A stretch of 55,645 nucleotides of DNA from Candidatus Pacearchaeota archaeon CG1_02_39_14 (GTDB lineage Archaea > Nanobdellota > Nanobdellia > Pacearchaeales > GW2011-AR1), in assembly GCA_001872315.1 (NCBI GenBank), contig MNVZ01000026.1, positions 1 to 55,645 of the forward strand, in the 5' to 3' direction. A program made the translations under genes and the position numbers. Positions 18,152 through 27,090 of this stretch are shown piece after piece (within the stretch, counting starts at the first letter, position 1; each line of letters opens with the position of its first letter). The notes under the pieces are model-generated. The model did no database searches, was not told the DNA's origin, and worked only from the letters and a program-made list of their open reading frames with translations.

Positions 18152-18421
18152 CTATGCCCAGTCTTCGACTTCTTCGTCATGATTATCAGGAACAGTTTCA
18201 CCTATTAGTTCAAGCTGGTCTTCATCCATTGCGACATAAGCTATTGTTTCCCCGTCTTCTATAACCTCTACGTGGTATCTCCCATTTGGCAGAACCAGAT
18301 TTATTTTCCCTGTCATTCCCGCCTCTATCTTTTTTGGAGGATCTGCGTATGGCTCTATGTCGTCTGCAACTGGGGAAATAAGAAGCCTTACCTCCTGATG
18401 CCTTTTGAATTTCGTGTTCAT
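18152..18421 (-). CDS. Small acidic protein, possibly SH3/Tudor-like barrel
   Basis: FK...VRL...AG.TG.I....GRY.VE pattern. Confidence 0.65.
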   Translation of the reverse strand: MNTKFKRHQEVRLLISPVADDIEPYADPPKKIEAGMTGKINLVLPNGRYHVEVIEDGETIAYVAMDEDQLELIGETVPDNHDEEVEDWA

Positions 18422-18431
18422 TGAGGATGAA

Positions 18432-18707
18432 TTATTTTTTTCTTTTGGGACCTGCTTTCTTTTTCTTCTTTCCTTTTTCTTTCACTTCAGGCAGTTTTAT
18501 TTGAGAGAACAGGAAGATATAAAGTATTTCCAAAATTCCAAGAGTATTCACAACAAGAAGGATTACGAACCAGACTGGTTGGTTTATTCTTGCCGACTTC
18601 CAAAGAGCAAGGCCCTTCCACACAAGACTCCATGCAACCGCTATTAAAAGAAGCCATACTGGAATACCAAGCTGAGCGTAAGTTTCTGTAAGAATATCTG
18701 TGACCAT
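18432..18707 (-). CDS. DUF5652-like membrane protein
   Basis: WKGLALWKSAR...WFVILLVVNTLGILEILY; start probably ATG 18707 from TATA spacing. Confidence 0.8.
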   Translation of the reverse strand: MVTDILTETYAQLGIPVWLLLIAVAWSLVWKGLALWKSARINQPVWFVILLVVNTLGILEILYIFLFSQIKLPEVKEKGKKKKKAGPKRKK

Positions 18708-18803
18708 ATACTCATAAACGAACTTTCCTTTAAAAAGCTTCTGATTGTGTATTCTCGAGAACAAGAAAATTTAAATAGTATTTTTTTCTATTTTTCAAAG
18801 TTA

Positions 18804-18850
18804 ATACAATTCATTGTGTTTTTTTGATTTGTTGACACAATATCTTGTAT
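18804..18850 (+). promoter_or_regulatory. Two tandem NrdR boxes downstream of a TATA box (18770-18777)
   Basis: ATACAATTCATTGTGT (18804-18819) and ACACAATATCTTGTAT (18835-18850) versus consensus acaCwAtATaTwGtgt; 31 bp start-to-start. Confidence 0.8.
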
Positions 18851-18885
18851 TAACTCTAAAATTACAAAAGAGGAAATCAAAATAT

Positions 18886-19338
18886 ATGCAATGCCCTTAC
18901 TGTTTCAATGCCGAAACAAAGGTTACGGACAAGAGGGATGTTGAAAAGATAACAAGGCGGAGAAGAGAATGCCTAAAGTGCAGCAAAAGATTTACTACAC
19001 ACGAAAAGATAGAACTTAGCGCCATAAAGGTTATTAAGAAGAACGGACAGAGGGAAGAGTTCAACAGGGATAAAATAAGGATAGGGATAGAAAAAGCCTG
19101 TGAGAAGAGGGCAATAAGCTCGGAAAAAATTGATAAAATGATAGACAGAATTGAAGAGAGGGCAAGAAAAAGGGGAAAAGATGTCAAGAGTGAATTTATC
19201 GGGAGACTTATTATGAGTGAGCTTAGAAAAGCAGATAAAGTGGCCTACATAAGATTTGCCTCTGTTTATAGGGACTTCGCTGATTTGGGTGATTTTAAAA
19301 AAGAAATAAGGGAGCTGTTACAAAATGATAGAGGATAA
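18886..19338 (+). CDS. nrdR: Transcriptional repressor NrdR
   Basis: CPYC...TKV.D.R...RRRRECLKC..RFTT.E zinc ribbon, ATP cone, DKVAYIRFASVY. Confidence 0.95.
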   Translation: MQCPYCFNAETKVTDKRDVEKITRRRRECLKCSKRFTTHEKIELSAIKVIKKNGQREEFNRDKIRIGIEKACEKRAISSEKIDKMIDRIEERARKRGKDVKSEFIGRLIMSELRKADKVAYIRFASVYRDFADLGDFKKEIRELLQNDRG

Positions 19339-22183
19339 AAAAGAGCTTTATGATTCGGGAAATATTGAAAGAAGTATTACAGAGCCGGCGGGGTCCAGTG
19401 TGGACTCTGGCCTTATCATGGAGAGATTCTTTAGCGAAGAAGGGAAGAACCCTTTTGAATTTGATATCTTTGGGAATCCTATAAAATGGGTTAGAGAAGA
19501 AGTTCAGGTTAATGATGACAGGGGAAAGCCTGTCTTCGTCCAGCCGAATGTCCAGAGACCTGACTTCTGGAGTCCTTTAGCTATCAAGGTTGTTGCCAGC
19601 AAGTATTTCTGGGGGAACCAGGATAAGGGAGAGAGGGAAGATAGCGTTGAAAAACTTATAGGAAGAGTCAGCAGATGGATGGGGCAGCAGGCCTATAAGC
19701 AGGGATATTTTGACGAGAAACAGAGCCTGATTTTGAGGGATGAAATTGCGGCCATTTGCCTCAACCAGCTTTGCATATTTAATTCTCCTGTCTGGTTCAA
19801 TGTTGGGATACAGGAATATAACCCTAATGCGGGAGGAGTTTCTGCTTTTGTGTGGGATTTTGAAAAGAAGATGGTCATTCCTGCAGTAAAGACAATGAAC
19901 AGGCCTCAATGCTCTGCATGCTTCATTCAGGGTGTTGAAGATAATATGGAATCCATTATGGCAATACAGGTTGCTGAAGCTAATCTGTTTAAGGCAGGAA
20001 GCGGGACAGGAAGCAACAGGTCTGCTTTGAGGAGCTCAAGAGAAAGATTGACTGGAGGAGGAAGGCCTTCAGGCCCTGTAAGCTTTATGAAAGCATATGA
20101 CGCGTATGCAGGAGTTATTAAGTCCGGAGGCAAGACGAGAAGGGCTGCTAAGATGGAGATACTGAATGTGGATCATCCGGATATTATGGACTTTATTAAC
20201 GCAAAACAAAATGAAGAGAAGAAAGCATGGGCTTTGATTGAGCAGGGATATGATGGAGGAATGAACGGCACTGCGTATGCGAGTGTTGCATTCCAGAATT
20301 GTAATATGTCTGTAAGAGTGAATGATGATTTCATGAAGGCTGTAAAAGAAAATGCTGACTGGTGGACCAAGGAGGTTACGACAGGGAAGAATTCAGAGAA
20401 GTACAAGGCGCGTGACATCCTGAGGGCAATTGCTGAAGGAACCTGGCTGTGCGGAGATCCTGGAATTCAAAATGACTCTATAATAAACAGGTACCATACC
20501 TGCAAGAATTCAGGAAAGCAGAATGCGACGAATCCATGCTCCGAATATCTCTTCCTGGATGATACTGCATGCAACCTTGCATCCATAAATTTGATGAAGT
20601 TCAGGACTGCTGAAAGTGGATTTGATGTTGAGAAATTCAAGAGCGTAATCAGAAGCTACATCATAGCTATGGACTTAATCATCGATGGAGCCAGTTATCC
20701 TACTGCAAAAATAGCGCATAATTCCCATATCTACAGAACTCTTGGGTTGGGCTATGCAAATCTAGGTGCTTTGCTTATGAGCTATGGGCTTCCCTATGAT
20801 TCTGATGAAGGGAGAGCAGTGGCTGCTGCGATATCAGCAATAATGGCCGGGGAGGCGTACAAGACAAGCGCTAAACTAGCTGAACTTGTAGGTCCCTTTT
20901 CTGCGTATGAGAAAAATAAGGAACCAATGCTTAAGGTCATTGAGATGCACAGGCAACATGTTAAAGAGATTAAAGTTGAAAAGATTCCTGCTGATTTGAG
21001 ATATCTTGTAAATGTCGCCTGGGACTCGTGGACAGATGCATTGGAGCTTGGGGAGAAACATGGATACAGAAATGCACAGACAACTCTTCTTGCCCCAACG
21101 GGAACAATTGCTTTCATGATGGACTGCGACACGACTGGCATTGAGCCGGATATTGCCCTTGTTAAATATAAAGTTCTAGCAGGAGGGGGGATGCTGAAAA
21201 TAGTCAATAGAGGGGTTAAGCTGGCATTGCAGAATCTTGGATATGATGAAGAGCATATAAAGAGGATAATAGATTACATAGACGAGCATGACACTATTGA
21301 AGGCTCGGATTTGAATGAAGAGCATCTTCCTATTTTTGACTGTGCCTTCAAACCGGCGAAAGGAAAGAGAGCTATTCATTACAAGGGGCACATAAGAATG
21401 ATGTCCTCTGTCCAGCCTTTCTTGTCCGGGGCGATAAGTAAGACAATCAATATGCCTGAAGATTCAAGTGTTGATGACATAATGAACGCTTATGTTTTTG
21501 CGTGGGAACAGGGGCTGAAAGCTGTTGCAATTTACAGGGAAAACTCAAAGAAGAGCCAAGCGCTTAATACAAGAAAGACCGACGGAGAGAGGGTTAAGAC
21601 GGAAAAGGTGGTTATTGATAAAAAGCAAAAACATCTTCCCCAGACGAGAAAGTCAATCACCCATAGGTTTGATTTGACAGGGCATAAGGGATACCTGACA
21701 ATTGGATTGTATGATGATGGAAAGCCCGGAGAGATATTTGTCACAATGGCTAAAGAGGGCTCAACAATAAGAGGGCTGATGGACGCATGGGCTCGTTCCG
21801 TGTCATTGAATCTTCAGTATGGGGTTCCTGTTGCAGAACTCTTTACTAAATTCAGGCACCAAAGATTTGAGCCATCCGGATTTGTGAAAAACGTTGAGGG
21901 TGGGGAGCTTGACAAAAAGAGCACAATAATAAGAACTGCTTCATCTGTAGTTGATTATGTTGCCCAGTTTATGCTTTACCAGGTTGGCGAGGGAGCAGGA
22001 AAGGTTGAATTTGAGATTGAGCCACTTGAGGAAAAGCCAAAGGAAGAGCAAAAAGCACTGACAGAATTCGGAAACGAAGGTCTTGTGTGTAGCTTATGCG
22101 GCGGCCCTGCGAAGAGGCTCGGCAACTGCGAGATAATGTGTACAAGCTGCAAGCAGGTGCAGAGAAGCGGCTGCGGGGAATGA
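19325..22183 (+). CDS. nrdJ: Class II (adenosylcobalamin) ribonucleotide reductase
   Basis: PQCSACFI, TRRAAKM, NPCSEY, ACNLAS, APTGT, SGAISKT; C-terminal TSCPD-like and Cys-rich domains; overlaps nrdR. Confidence 0.94.
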   Translation: MIEDKKELYDSGNIERSITEPAGSSVDSGLIMERFFSEEGKNPFEFDIFGNPIKWVREEVQVNDDRGKPVFVQPNVQRPDFWSPLAIKVVASKYFWGNQDKGEREDSVEKLIGRVSRWMGQQAYKQGYFDEKQSLILRDEIAAICLNQLCIFNSPVWFNVGIQEYNPNAGGVSAFVWDFEKKMVIPAVKTMNRPQCSACFIQGVEDNMESIMAIQVAEANLFKAGSGTGSNRSALRSSRERLTGGGRPSGPVSFMKAYDAYAGVIKSGGKTRRAAKMEILNVDHPDIMDFINAKQNEEKKAWALIEQGYDGGMNGTAYASVAFQNCNMSVRVNDDFMKAVKENADWWTKEVTTGKNSEKYKARDILRAIAEGTWLCGDPGIQNDSIINRYHTCKNSGKQNATNPCSEYLFLDDTACNLASINLMKFRTAESGFDVEKFKSVIRSYIIAMDLIIDGASYPTAKIAHNSHIYRTLGLGYANLGALLMSYGLPYDSDEGRAVAAAISAIMAGEAYKTSAKLAELVGPFSAYEKNKEPMLKVIEMHRQHVKEIKVEKIPADLRYLVNVAWDSWTDALELGEKHGYRNAQTTLLAPTGTIAFMMDCDTTGIEPDIALVKYKVLAGGGMLKIVNRGVKLALQNLGYDEEHIKRIIDYIDEHDTIEGSDLNEEHLPIFDCAFKPAKGKRAIHYKGHIRMMSSVQPFLSGAISKTINMPEDSSVDDIMNAYVFAWEQGLKAVAIYRENSKKSQALNTRKTDGERVKTEKVVIDKKQKHLPQTRKSITHRFDLTGHKGYLTIGLYDDGKPGEIFVTMAKEGSTIRGLMDAWARSVSLNLQYGVPVAELFTKFRHQRFEPSGFVKNVEGGELDKKSTIIRTASSVVDYVAQFMLYQVGEGAGKVEFEIEPLEEKPKEEQKALTEFGNEGLVCSLCGGPAKRLGNCEIMCTSCKQVQRSGCGE

Positions 22184-22240
22184 TTTTTGTTACTTTGATT
22201 GGATAATATAGATTTATATATAATATTGATAGTTTCGGAT

Positions 22241-23164
22241 ATGCAGAATGAAAGAGTTGCAGAGCTTCTTGTTGAGACTGGAGCGTATAAGGATTTAGCT
22301 GAACCTGTTATATTAACATCCGGACAGCTTGGGATTTTTTATGTCAATACGGAAAAACTTCTTGGAGACCCAAATATTAATGATAGATTAAAAGAATTTG
22401 AAAATAATCCTCAAGGAATGATTAGTTATGCTGTAAGAAGAGCCTTAGATGATGCAAGAGTTTCAGAAGCTATAGGAATAATTGCTGGTGAAGTTCAGGC
22501 AATTGCTGATCAAAGAGGATACGAAGATTTTGCAGTTTCTGGAGGACAGAGAAGGGACTGGATATTTTCAGGGCCTGTTGCAAAATTATTAGAAAGGGAT
22601 CATGTAGCTTTGTTTAAATCTGGAGGAAGAGCTGATGTTTTTGTTCCTGGAAAGCCTCTTCTTATGGAAGCTGATTATTTGGGTCCTGGGATATATGATG
22701 GTATCATTCATGTTGCTGACTTACTTACAGAAGGCTCAAGTTGCTACAGAATGGAAGATGGAAAGGAAATGGGCTGGATTCCAATGCTAAGAGAAAGAGG
22801 GGCGAATATCCAGGATTTAGTTGGTGTTGTCACAAGATTACAGGGTGGGGAGAAAAATCTAAGGGCAAGAGGAGTTGAACCTCATACTCTTGTAACAATT
22901 GATGGAAATTTCCTGGCAGCACATTCATCAACACCCACAAGAGCAATATGTTATTCTCATAGTCCAGATGCTTGGAGCAAAGATTATCTGATGAAAAATG
23001 GTGCATTGGCTTTTGTTGATGCATTCAGTCCCGAAGGAGGAAAGCAAGACAGAGCAATGAAATTTGCGAGAAGATATGGAGAGACATTAAAAGAAGCTGA
23101 TAAGTGGGATGAATTAAGAGATGCTGTTAAAGGCAGATTTGATTATGATTTGGAGGCTGCGTAA
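22241..23164 (+). CDS. pyrE: Divergent orotate phosphoribosyltransferase-like protein
   Basis: LTSG...FYVN, PRPP-loop variant HVADLLTEGSS, adjacent to pyrF; start ATG 22241 from TATA spacing. Confidence 0.7.
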   Translation: MQNERVAELLVETGAYKDLAEPVILTSGQLGIFYVNTEKLLGDPNINDRLKEFENNPQGMISYAVRRALDDARVSEAIGIIAGEVQAIADQRGYEDFAVSGGQRRDWIFSGPVAKLLERDHVALFKSGGRADVFVPGKPLLMEADYLGPGIYDGIIHVADLLTEGSSCYRMEDGKEMGWIPMLRERGANIQDLVGVVTRLQGGEKNLRARGVEPHTLVTIDGNFLAAHSSTPTRAICYSHSPDAWSKDYLMKNGALAFVDAFSPEGGKQDRAMKFARRYGETLKEADKWDELRDAVKGRFDYDLEAA

Positions 23165-23165
23165 G

Positions 23166-23927
23166 ATGGAATTGACAGAAAAACAGCAGAGAGCGAGAAA
23201 AATGGTATGTTTGCCGTTAGATGGACTTAATACTATGAGCGAAGTTAGAGAAAGAGTTCAGGAATTGAGTCGGGTAGTGGGATTATTCAAAGTAGGTAAA
23301 GAAACATTTACAAGATTTGGGCCTGAAGCTGTCAGGGCGGTTCAGGAATATGGGGCTGATGTCTTTCTTGACTTGAAGTATCATGATATCCCTAATACTG
23401 TTAAGGGCGCGGCAGATGCAGCCGCAGCACTTGGAGTCTATATGTTCAATGTACATGCTTCTGGAGGACTTGAGATGATGCAAGCTGCAGTAGAGGGGGC
23501 GAAAGCAGGACCTGAAAAATACGGAAAAAATATGCCAAAGATAACAGCTGTGACTGTTTTGACAAGCATTGATCAAGAAATATTGAACAATCAATTAAGA
23601 GTTCCTGGAATGGTTGAAGAGCAGGTATATAATTATGCACAATTAGCTCATCAAGCTGGACTGGATGGGATTGTATGTTCTGCCGCAGACCTTCATGCTG
23701 TGAGAGATAGACTTCCAAGGGAATTTATGTATGTCACACCTGGAATAAAAGGGACAAAAACTCCTGCAGGAGCAGACCAGAAAAGAGTTTTCAGCCCTGG
23801 AAATGCTGTTCGTGATGGCTCGAGCATTCTTGTAATAGGAAGGGCTATTACAACAGATAGGGAAACTTATGTAGAAAGGCTTCAGGCAGGATATGATATT
23901 CTGGAAGATATGGCACAGTATTTATAA
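23166..23927 (+). CDS. pyrF: Orotidine-5'-phosphate decarboxylase
   Basis: FLDLKYHDIPNTV, NVHASGG, VTVLTS, VTPGI, DQKR, VIGRAI. Confidence 0.95.
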   Translation: MELTEKQQRARKMVCLPLDGLNTMSEVRERVQELSRVVGLFKVGKETFTRFGPEAVRAVQEYGADVFLDLKYHDIPNTVKGAADAAAALGVYMFNVHASGGLEMMQAAVEGAKAGPEKYGKNMPKITAVTVLTSIDQEILNNQLRVPGMVEEQVYNYAQLAHQAGLDGIVCSAADLHAVRDRLPREFMYVTPGIKGTKTPAGADQKRVFSPGNAVRDGSSILVIGRAITTDRETYVERLQAGYDILEDMAQYL

Positions 23928-23988
23928 TTCTCCGTCGGTAAAATTAAATCACGGAAAAGTTTATTAAGGGCTATTTCCAGGAAAGTTT

Positions 23989-24300
23989 ATGGCGGTGACA
24001 GATTTAGATTCTGGGAGTTTTGATGATTTTATAAAAAAAGGGAATTCTATTGTTGACTTTTATGCTGACTGGTGCGGGCCGTGCCAGATTATGAAGCCGC
24101 ACTTTGAAAAGGCATCCAAAGAGATGAAAGATGTGAAATTCGGTAAGGTGGATGTTGATGCAAACCAAGACCTTGCTGGAAGATTTCAGGTTATGAGCAT
24201 TCCAACTACAATATTCTTTAAAGACGGCGAGCAGGTTGACAGGCATTCAGGTGCATTAAGAGAAAGCGATATTAAAGAAGCTGTTGAGAAAGCTTTCTGA
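23989..24300 (+). CDS. trxA: Thioredoxin
   Basis: DFYADWCGPC, SIPT. Confidence 0.95.
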   Translation: MAVTDLDSGSFDDFIKKGNSIVDFYADWCGPCQIMKPHFEKASKEMKDVKFGKVDVDANQDLAGRFQVMSIPTTIFFKDGEQVDRHSGALRESDIKEAVEKAF

Positions 24301-24342
24301 TTTTCTAAAGCTTTAAAAACAAACCCTCTTTACTTTTGTTAC

Positions 24343-24417
24343 GGCTCCGTAGCTCAGTCTGGCCAGAGCACTGGACTTTTAATCCAGGTGTCGTGGGTTC
24401 AAATCCCATCGGGGCCA
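24343..24417 (+). tRNA. tRNA-Lys(UUU), no encoded CCA, no intron
   Basis: Cloverleaf: acceptor GGCTCCG/CGGGGCC, D-stem GCTC/GAGC, anticodon stem CTGGA/TCCAG with TTT, T-arm GTGGG-TTCAAAT-CCCAT; TATA at 24312. Confidence 0.96.
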
Positions 24418-24505
24418 TTTAATCAGGAATTTGAACACTACACGAATCTTCGATTCGCTGGCCTTCGCTTCTCACAAAGCTTCAGGAATCCCATCGGGGC
24501 CATTT
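24402..24505 (+). repeat. 19-bp direct repeat of the tRNA 3' end (att-like)
   Basis: AATCCCATCGGGGCCATTT at 24402-24420 and 24487-24505. Confidence 0.9.
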
Positions 24506-24587
24506 CTTATATGGATTTCAACATCTCTTTTGGCAATTTATTTCTGCATCTGCAAAAGCTTATAAAATAAAGAATAGTTGATTATTT

Positions 24588-24872
24588 ATGAAGAAAATAG
24601 AAGAAATAAAGAAGAAAGCTATGCCTGTTTTAAAGAAATTCAGCGTTACTCGAGCAGGGATATTTGGAAGCTATGCCAGGGGAGAGCAGAATGAAAAAAG
24701 CGATGTTGATTTTTTGATAGAGATTGAAGGCGGAGCTGACCTTGTAGAGCTTATAAGATTGAAGTCAAATCTTCAGAAGGCAATAAGCAAGAAAGTTGAT
24801 TTGGTTGAATATGGGGCGATAAAAAAAGAATTGAAGAAAGATATTCTGAATGATGAAATCAGGCTGATATGA
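24588..24872 (+). CDS. Minimal nucleotidyltransferase (MNT/MntA) antitoxin
   Basis: FGSYARG.....SDVD and KVDLV motifs. Confidence 0.92.
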   Translation: MKKIEEIKKKAMPVLKKFSVTRAGIFGSYARGEQNEKSDVDFLIEIEGGADLVELIRLKSNLQKAISKKVDLVEYGAIKKELKKDILNDEIRLI

Positions 24873-25204
24873 AAAGGGACTATAAGCTTTATATCCAGGA
24901 TATTTTTGAGAGCATAGAATATATTGAAGCTTATACTGCTAAGCTCTCGCAGGAAGAATTTAACAAAGATATCAAGGTTCAGGATGCAGTTATCAGGAGG
25001 CTAGAAATAATCGGGGAGGCAAGCCGGAACATTCCTGGGGCTTTAAAAGAAAAAAACAAGCAGGTTCCTTGGTTTGAGATATCCAGATTCAGGAATTTTA
25101 TCTCGCACTCATACTTTGAGATTGGTAAACTCACTATCTGGAAAACGATAAAAGAAAGAATCCCAATGATAAAAGAAGGCTTACTGAAGATTAAGCTGGT
25201 TTAG
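24869..25204 (+). CDS. HEPN (DUF86/HepT) RNase toxin
   Basis: DAVIRRLEIIGEA, RNFISHSY (Rx4HxY); ATGA overlap with MNT. Confidence 0.92.
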   Translation: MKRDYKLYIQDIFESIEYIEAYTAKLSQEEFNKDIKVQDAVIRRLEIIGEASRNIPGALKEKNKQVPWFEISRFRNFISHSYFEIGKLTIWKTIKERIPMIKEGLLKIKLV

Positions 25205-25223
25205 TAAAATTAGGAAACTATAA

Positions 25224-26438
25224 TTAATTTCTATCCCAGGGATAAGATGCAATCAAAGGAGTTCTTGGCGTAAAAGGGCCTTGGTCTAATTTAAAGCTTG
25301 GAAATGTACCTGATAAAACCATTTCGTCATGTATCTCTTCTGCTAATCTGGGAGCCATTGCAAGCTTTGTAGGAAATACAACGAGAGCATACAATCCTCC
25401 CTCTATTGCCTGCTTAGTCAAGCCTACCCCGCTTGGTCTTTGGCCTTCTGACGTTGCCGGCTCTGCCCTATCGACATCAAAGTATCCTATGCTTGCATCT
25501 TTCGGAAGATTAAATCCTGGCAGCACATTTGCAATCTCACCTCTGACTCTGCTTTCAAACTCGCCTGTCTTGTAGCTGACGCCTGACTCTGCAACGCTTC
25601 CTCCTACCTGCCAGACTTTTCCGTGTTTTCTGGAAGGATGTGTTGTAAAAGTAGCGCTTGTCTTCTGTCCGTCAATACAATGGGCCCAAAAATCTGGAAG
25701 TTCCGGATGTCCTATATATGCCTGCCTTAAAGGCCTTCTTTGCATCTTTGCATCTATTCCAAGCATTCCTGCAAGCCCTTCATTTCCAGAGCCTGCGGCG
25801 AGAACAATGACTTCAGGATGAATGTCAAAAGATTCTTCATTATATTTATCTGTTATTCTTGCATTACCATTTCTGAATTCTATATGCCTGGCGTAAACAA
25901 TTCTGTCCGCAAAAGGAAGGGTTAACCTTTTGAGCAAATTAGCTGACTCTACTGTTCTTTCTCCAATGGAATAAATGCTTCTTGCACTTTCCGCAAGAAA
26001 TGTAGGGGCGTCAATTTTTCTGACTCTTCTCAAAGGAGTTTGTAAAGCAAATCTTGATAATAGTTCAAACGCCAGAGGCCTGATAAACCCTTCGTCGTTA
26101 ACAGACCTGTATAGATAGCATTCGTCTGAACTTTTTACTCCGTCAGACAAGTTAGGAACCCATCCTCCTGAATTAAAATGGTTGTCCCAGACCGCAGGCA
26201 TCTCCTTTAAAGATTTCATTGAACTCCATCTCTTCCTAAATGATGAAACCCCTGCGCTTTCAAAGAGAAGGTATTTTCCCCCTCCGTGAATGATTCCCTG
26301 CGTTGCAATGGTCTGCCCTCTTCCAAGCTCTCCGCTTTCAACAAGCAGGGCATTGTAGCCTTGACTTGAGAGATGATTAAGAGTCCAAAGTCCCGCAACT
26401 CCGCCGCCAAAGATTAAAGCATCAGTTTTATAGTCCAT
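25224..26438 (-). CDS. FAD-dependent oxidoreductase (DAO-like)
   Basis: GGGVAG dinucleotide motif, GQTIATQGIIHGG.KY, DRAEP, PTKLAMAP. Confidence 0.85.
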   Translation of the reverse strand: MDYKTDALIFGGGVAGLWTLNHLSSQGYNALLVESGELGRGQTIATQGIIHGGGKYLLFESAGVSSFRKRWSSMKSLKEMPAVWDNHFNSGGWVPNLSDGVKSSDECYLYRSVNDEGFIRPLAFELLSRFALQTPLRRVRKIDAPTFLAESARSIYSIGERTVESANLLKRLTLPFADRIVYARHIEFRNGNARITDKYNEESFDIHPEVIVLAAGSGNEGLAGMLGIDAKMQRRPLRQAYIGHPELPDFWAHCIDGQKTSATFTTHPSRKHGKVWQVGGSVAESGVSYKTGEFESRVRGEIANVLPGFNLPKDASIGYFDVDRAEPATSEGQRPSGVGLTKQAIEGGLYALVVFPTKLAMAPRLAEEIHDEMVLSGTFPSFKLDQGPFTPRTPLIASYPWDRN

Positions 26439-26511
26439 TGTTTCATCTGCAGTAAGACATTTATAAGATTATTGACAATAGATTTATATATTTCAATATG
26501 CTATTTTTGAT

Positions 26512-26787
26512 ATGGGTAGTGTTGTGAAAAGAGACGGGAAAAAACAAGTATTCATGCCTGGAAAAATAAGAAAGGCGATTGAGATGGCTGCTAAAGACAT
26601 CGGAATGCCAATAGCTAAGAGAAAAGAGCTTATTAGAGAGGTCGCAGAGCCTGTAATAAAGCATTATAAGAATAAGAGAACAAGAGCGAGTGCGCTTAGA
26701 AAGGCCGTCCTAGGCAGGATTGACAGAAGGGCTAAGGCCGTTTCTGTTGCCTGGAGAAGGCATGACAGAAAAAAGCATAAGAAATAG
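26512..26787 (+). CDS. Stand-alone ATP-cone domain protein
   Basis: VVKRDG....F...KI..AI..AA; TATA at ~26483. Confidence 0.75.
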   Translation: MGSVVKRDGKKQVFMPGKIRKAIEMAAKDIGMPIAKRKELIREVAEPVIKHYKNKRTRASALRKAVLGRIDRRAKAVSVAWRRHDRKKHKK

Positions 26788-26883
26788 GCGTAACAGCAAG
26801 TTTTATAAACCCACTTTTACAATCTTCTTTTGTTATCGCTAAGTCATTAAAGCGAAATTGAACCCATTAATCAGCTACATCCC

Positions 26884-27090
26884 ATGCACGTCCTACAACC
26901 AAAACACACGAGATTGAAGCCCGAAGAGGTGAAAGATTTGATTAAGAAATATAATATTGCTCTGTCTCAACTCCCTAAAATTAAAGCTGATGATGCGAGC
27001 GTTCCCGACGGATGTGAAAGGGGAGATGTTCTTAAAATAGAAAGAAAGGTTGAAGATAAAATAAAAGAATACTTTAGGGTAGTAGTATGA
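26884..27090 (+). CDS. rpoH: RNA polymerase subunit H (Rpo5)
   Basis: HVLQPKH, QLPKI..D, GDVLKIER, YFRVVV. Confidence 0.93.
   Translation: MHVLQPKHTRLKPEEVKDLIKKYNIALSQLPKIKADDASVPDGCERGDVLKIERKVEDKIKEYFRVVV

Noticed and set aside
24388..24570. 60-aa ORF after trxA
   Set aside because: Overlaps tRNA-Lys and its 3' duplication
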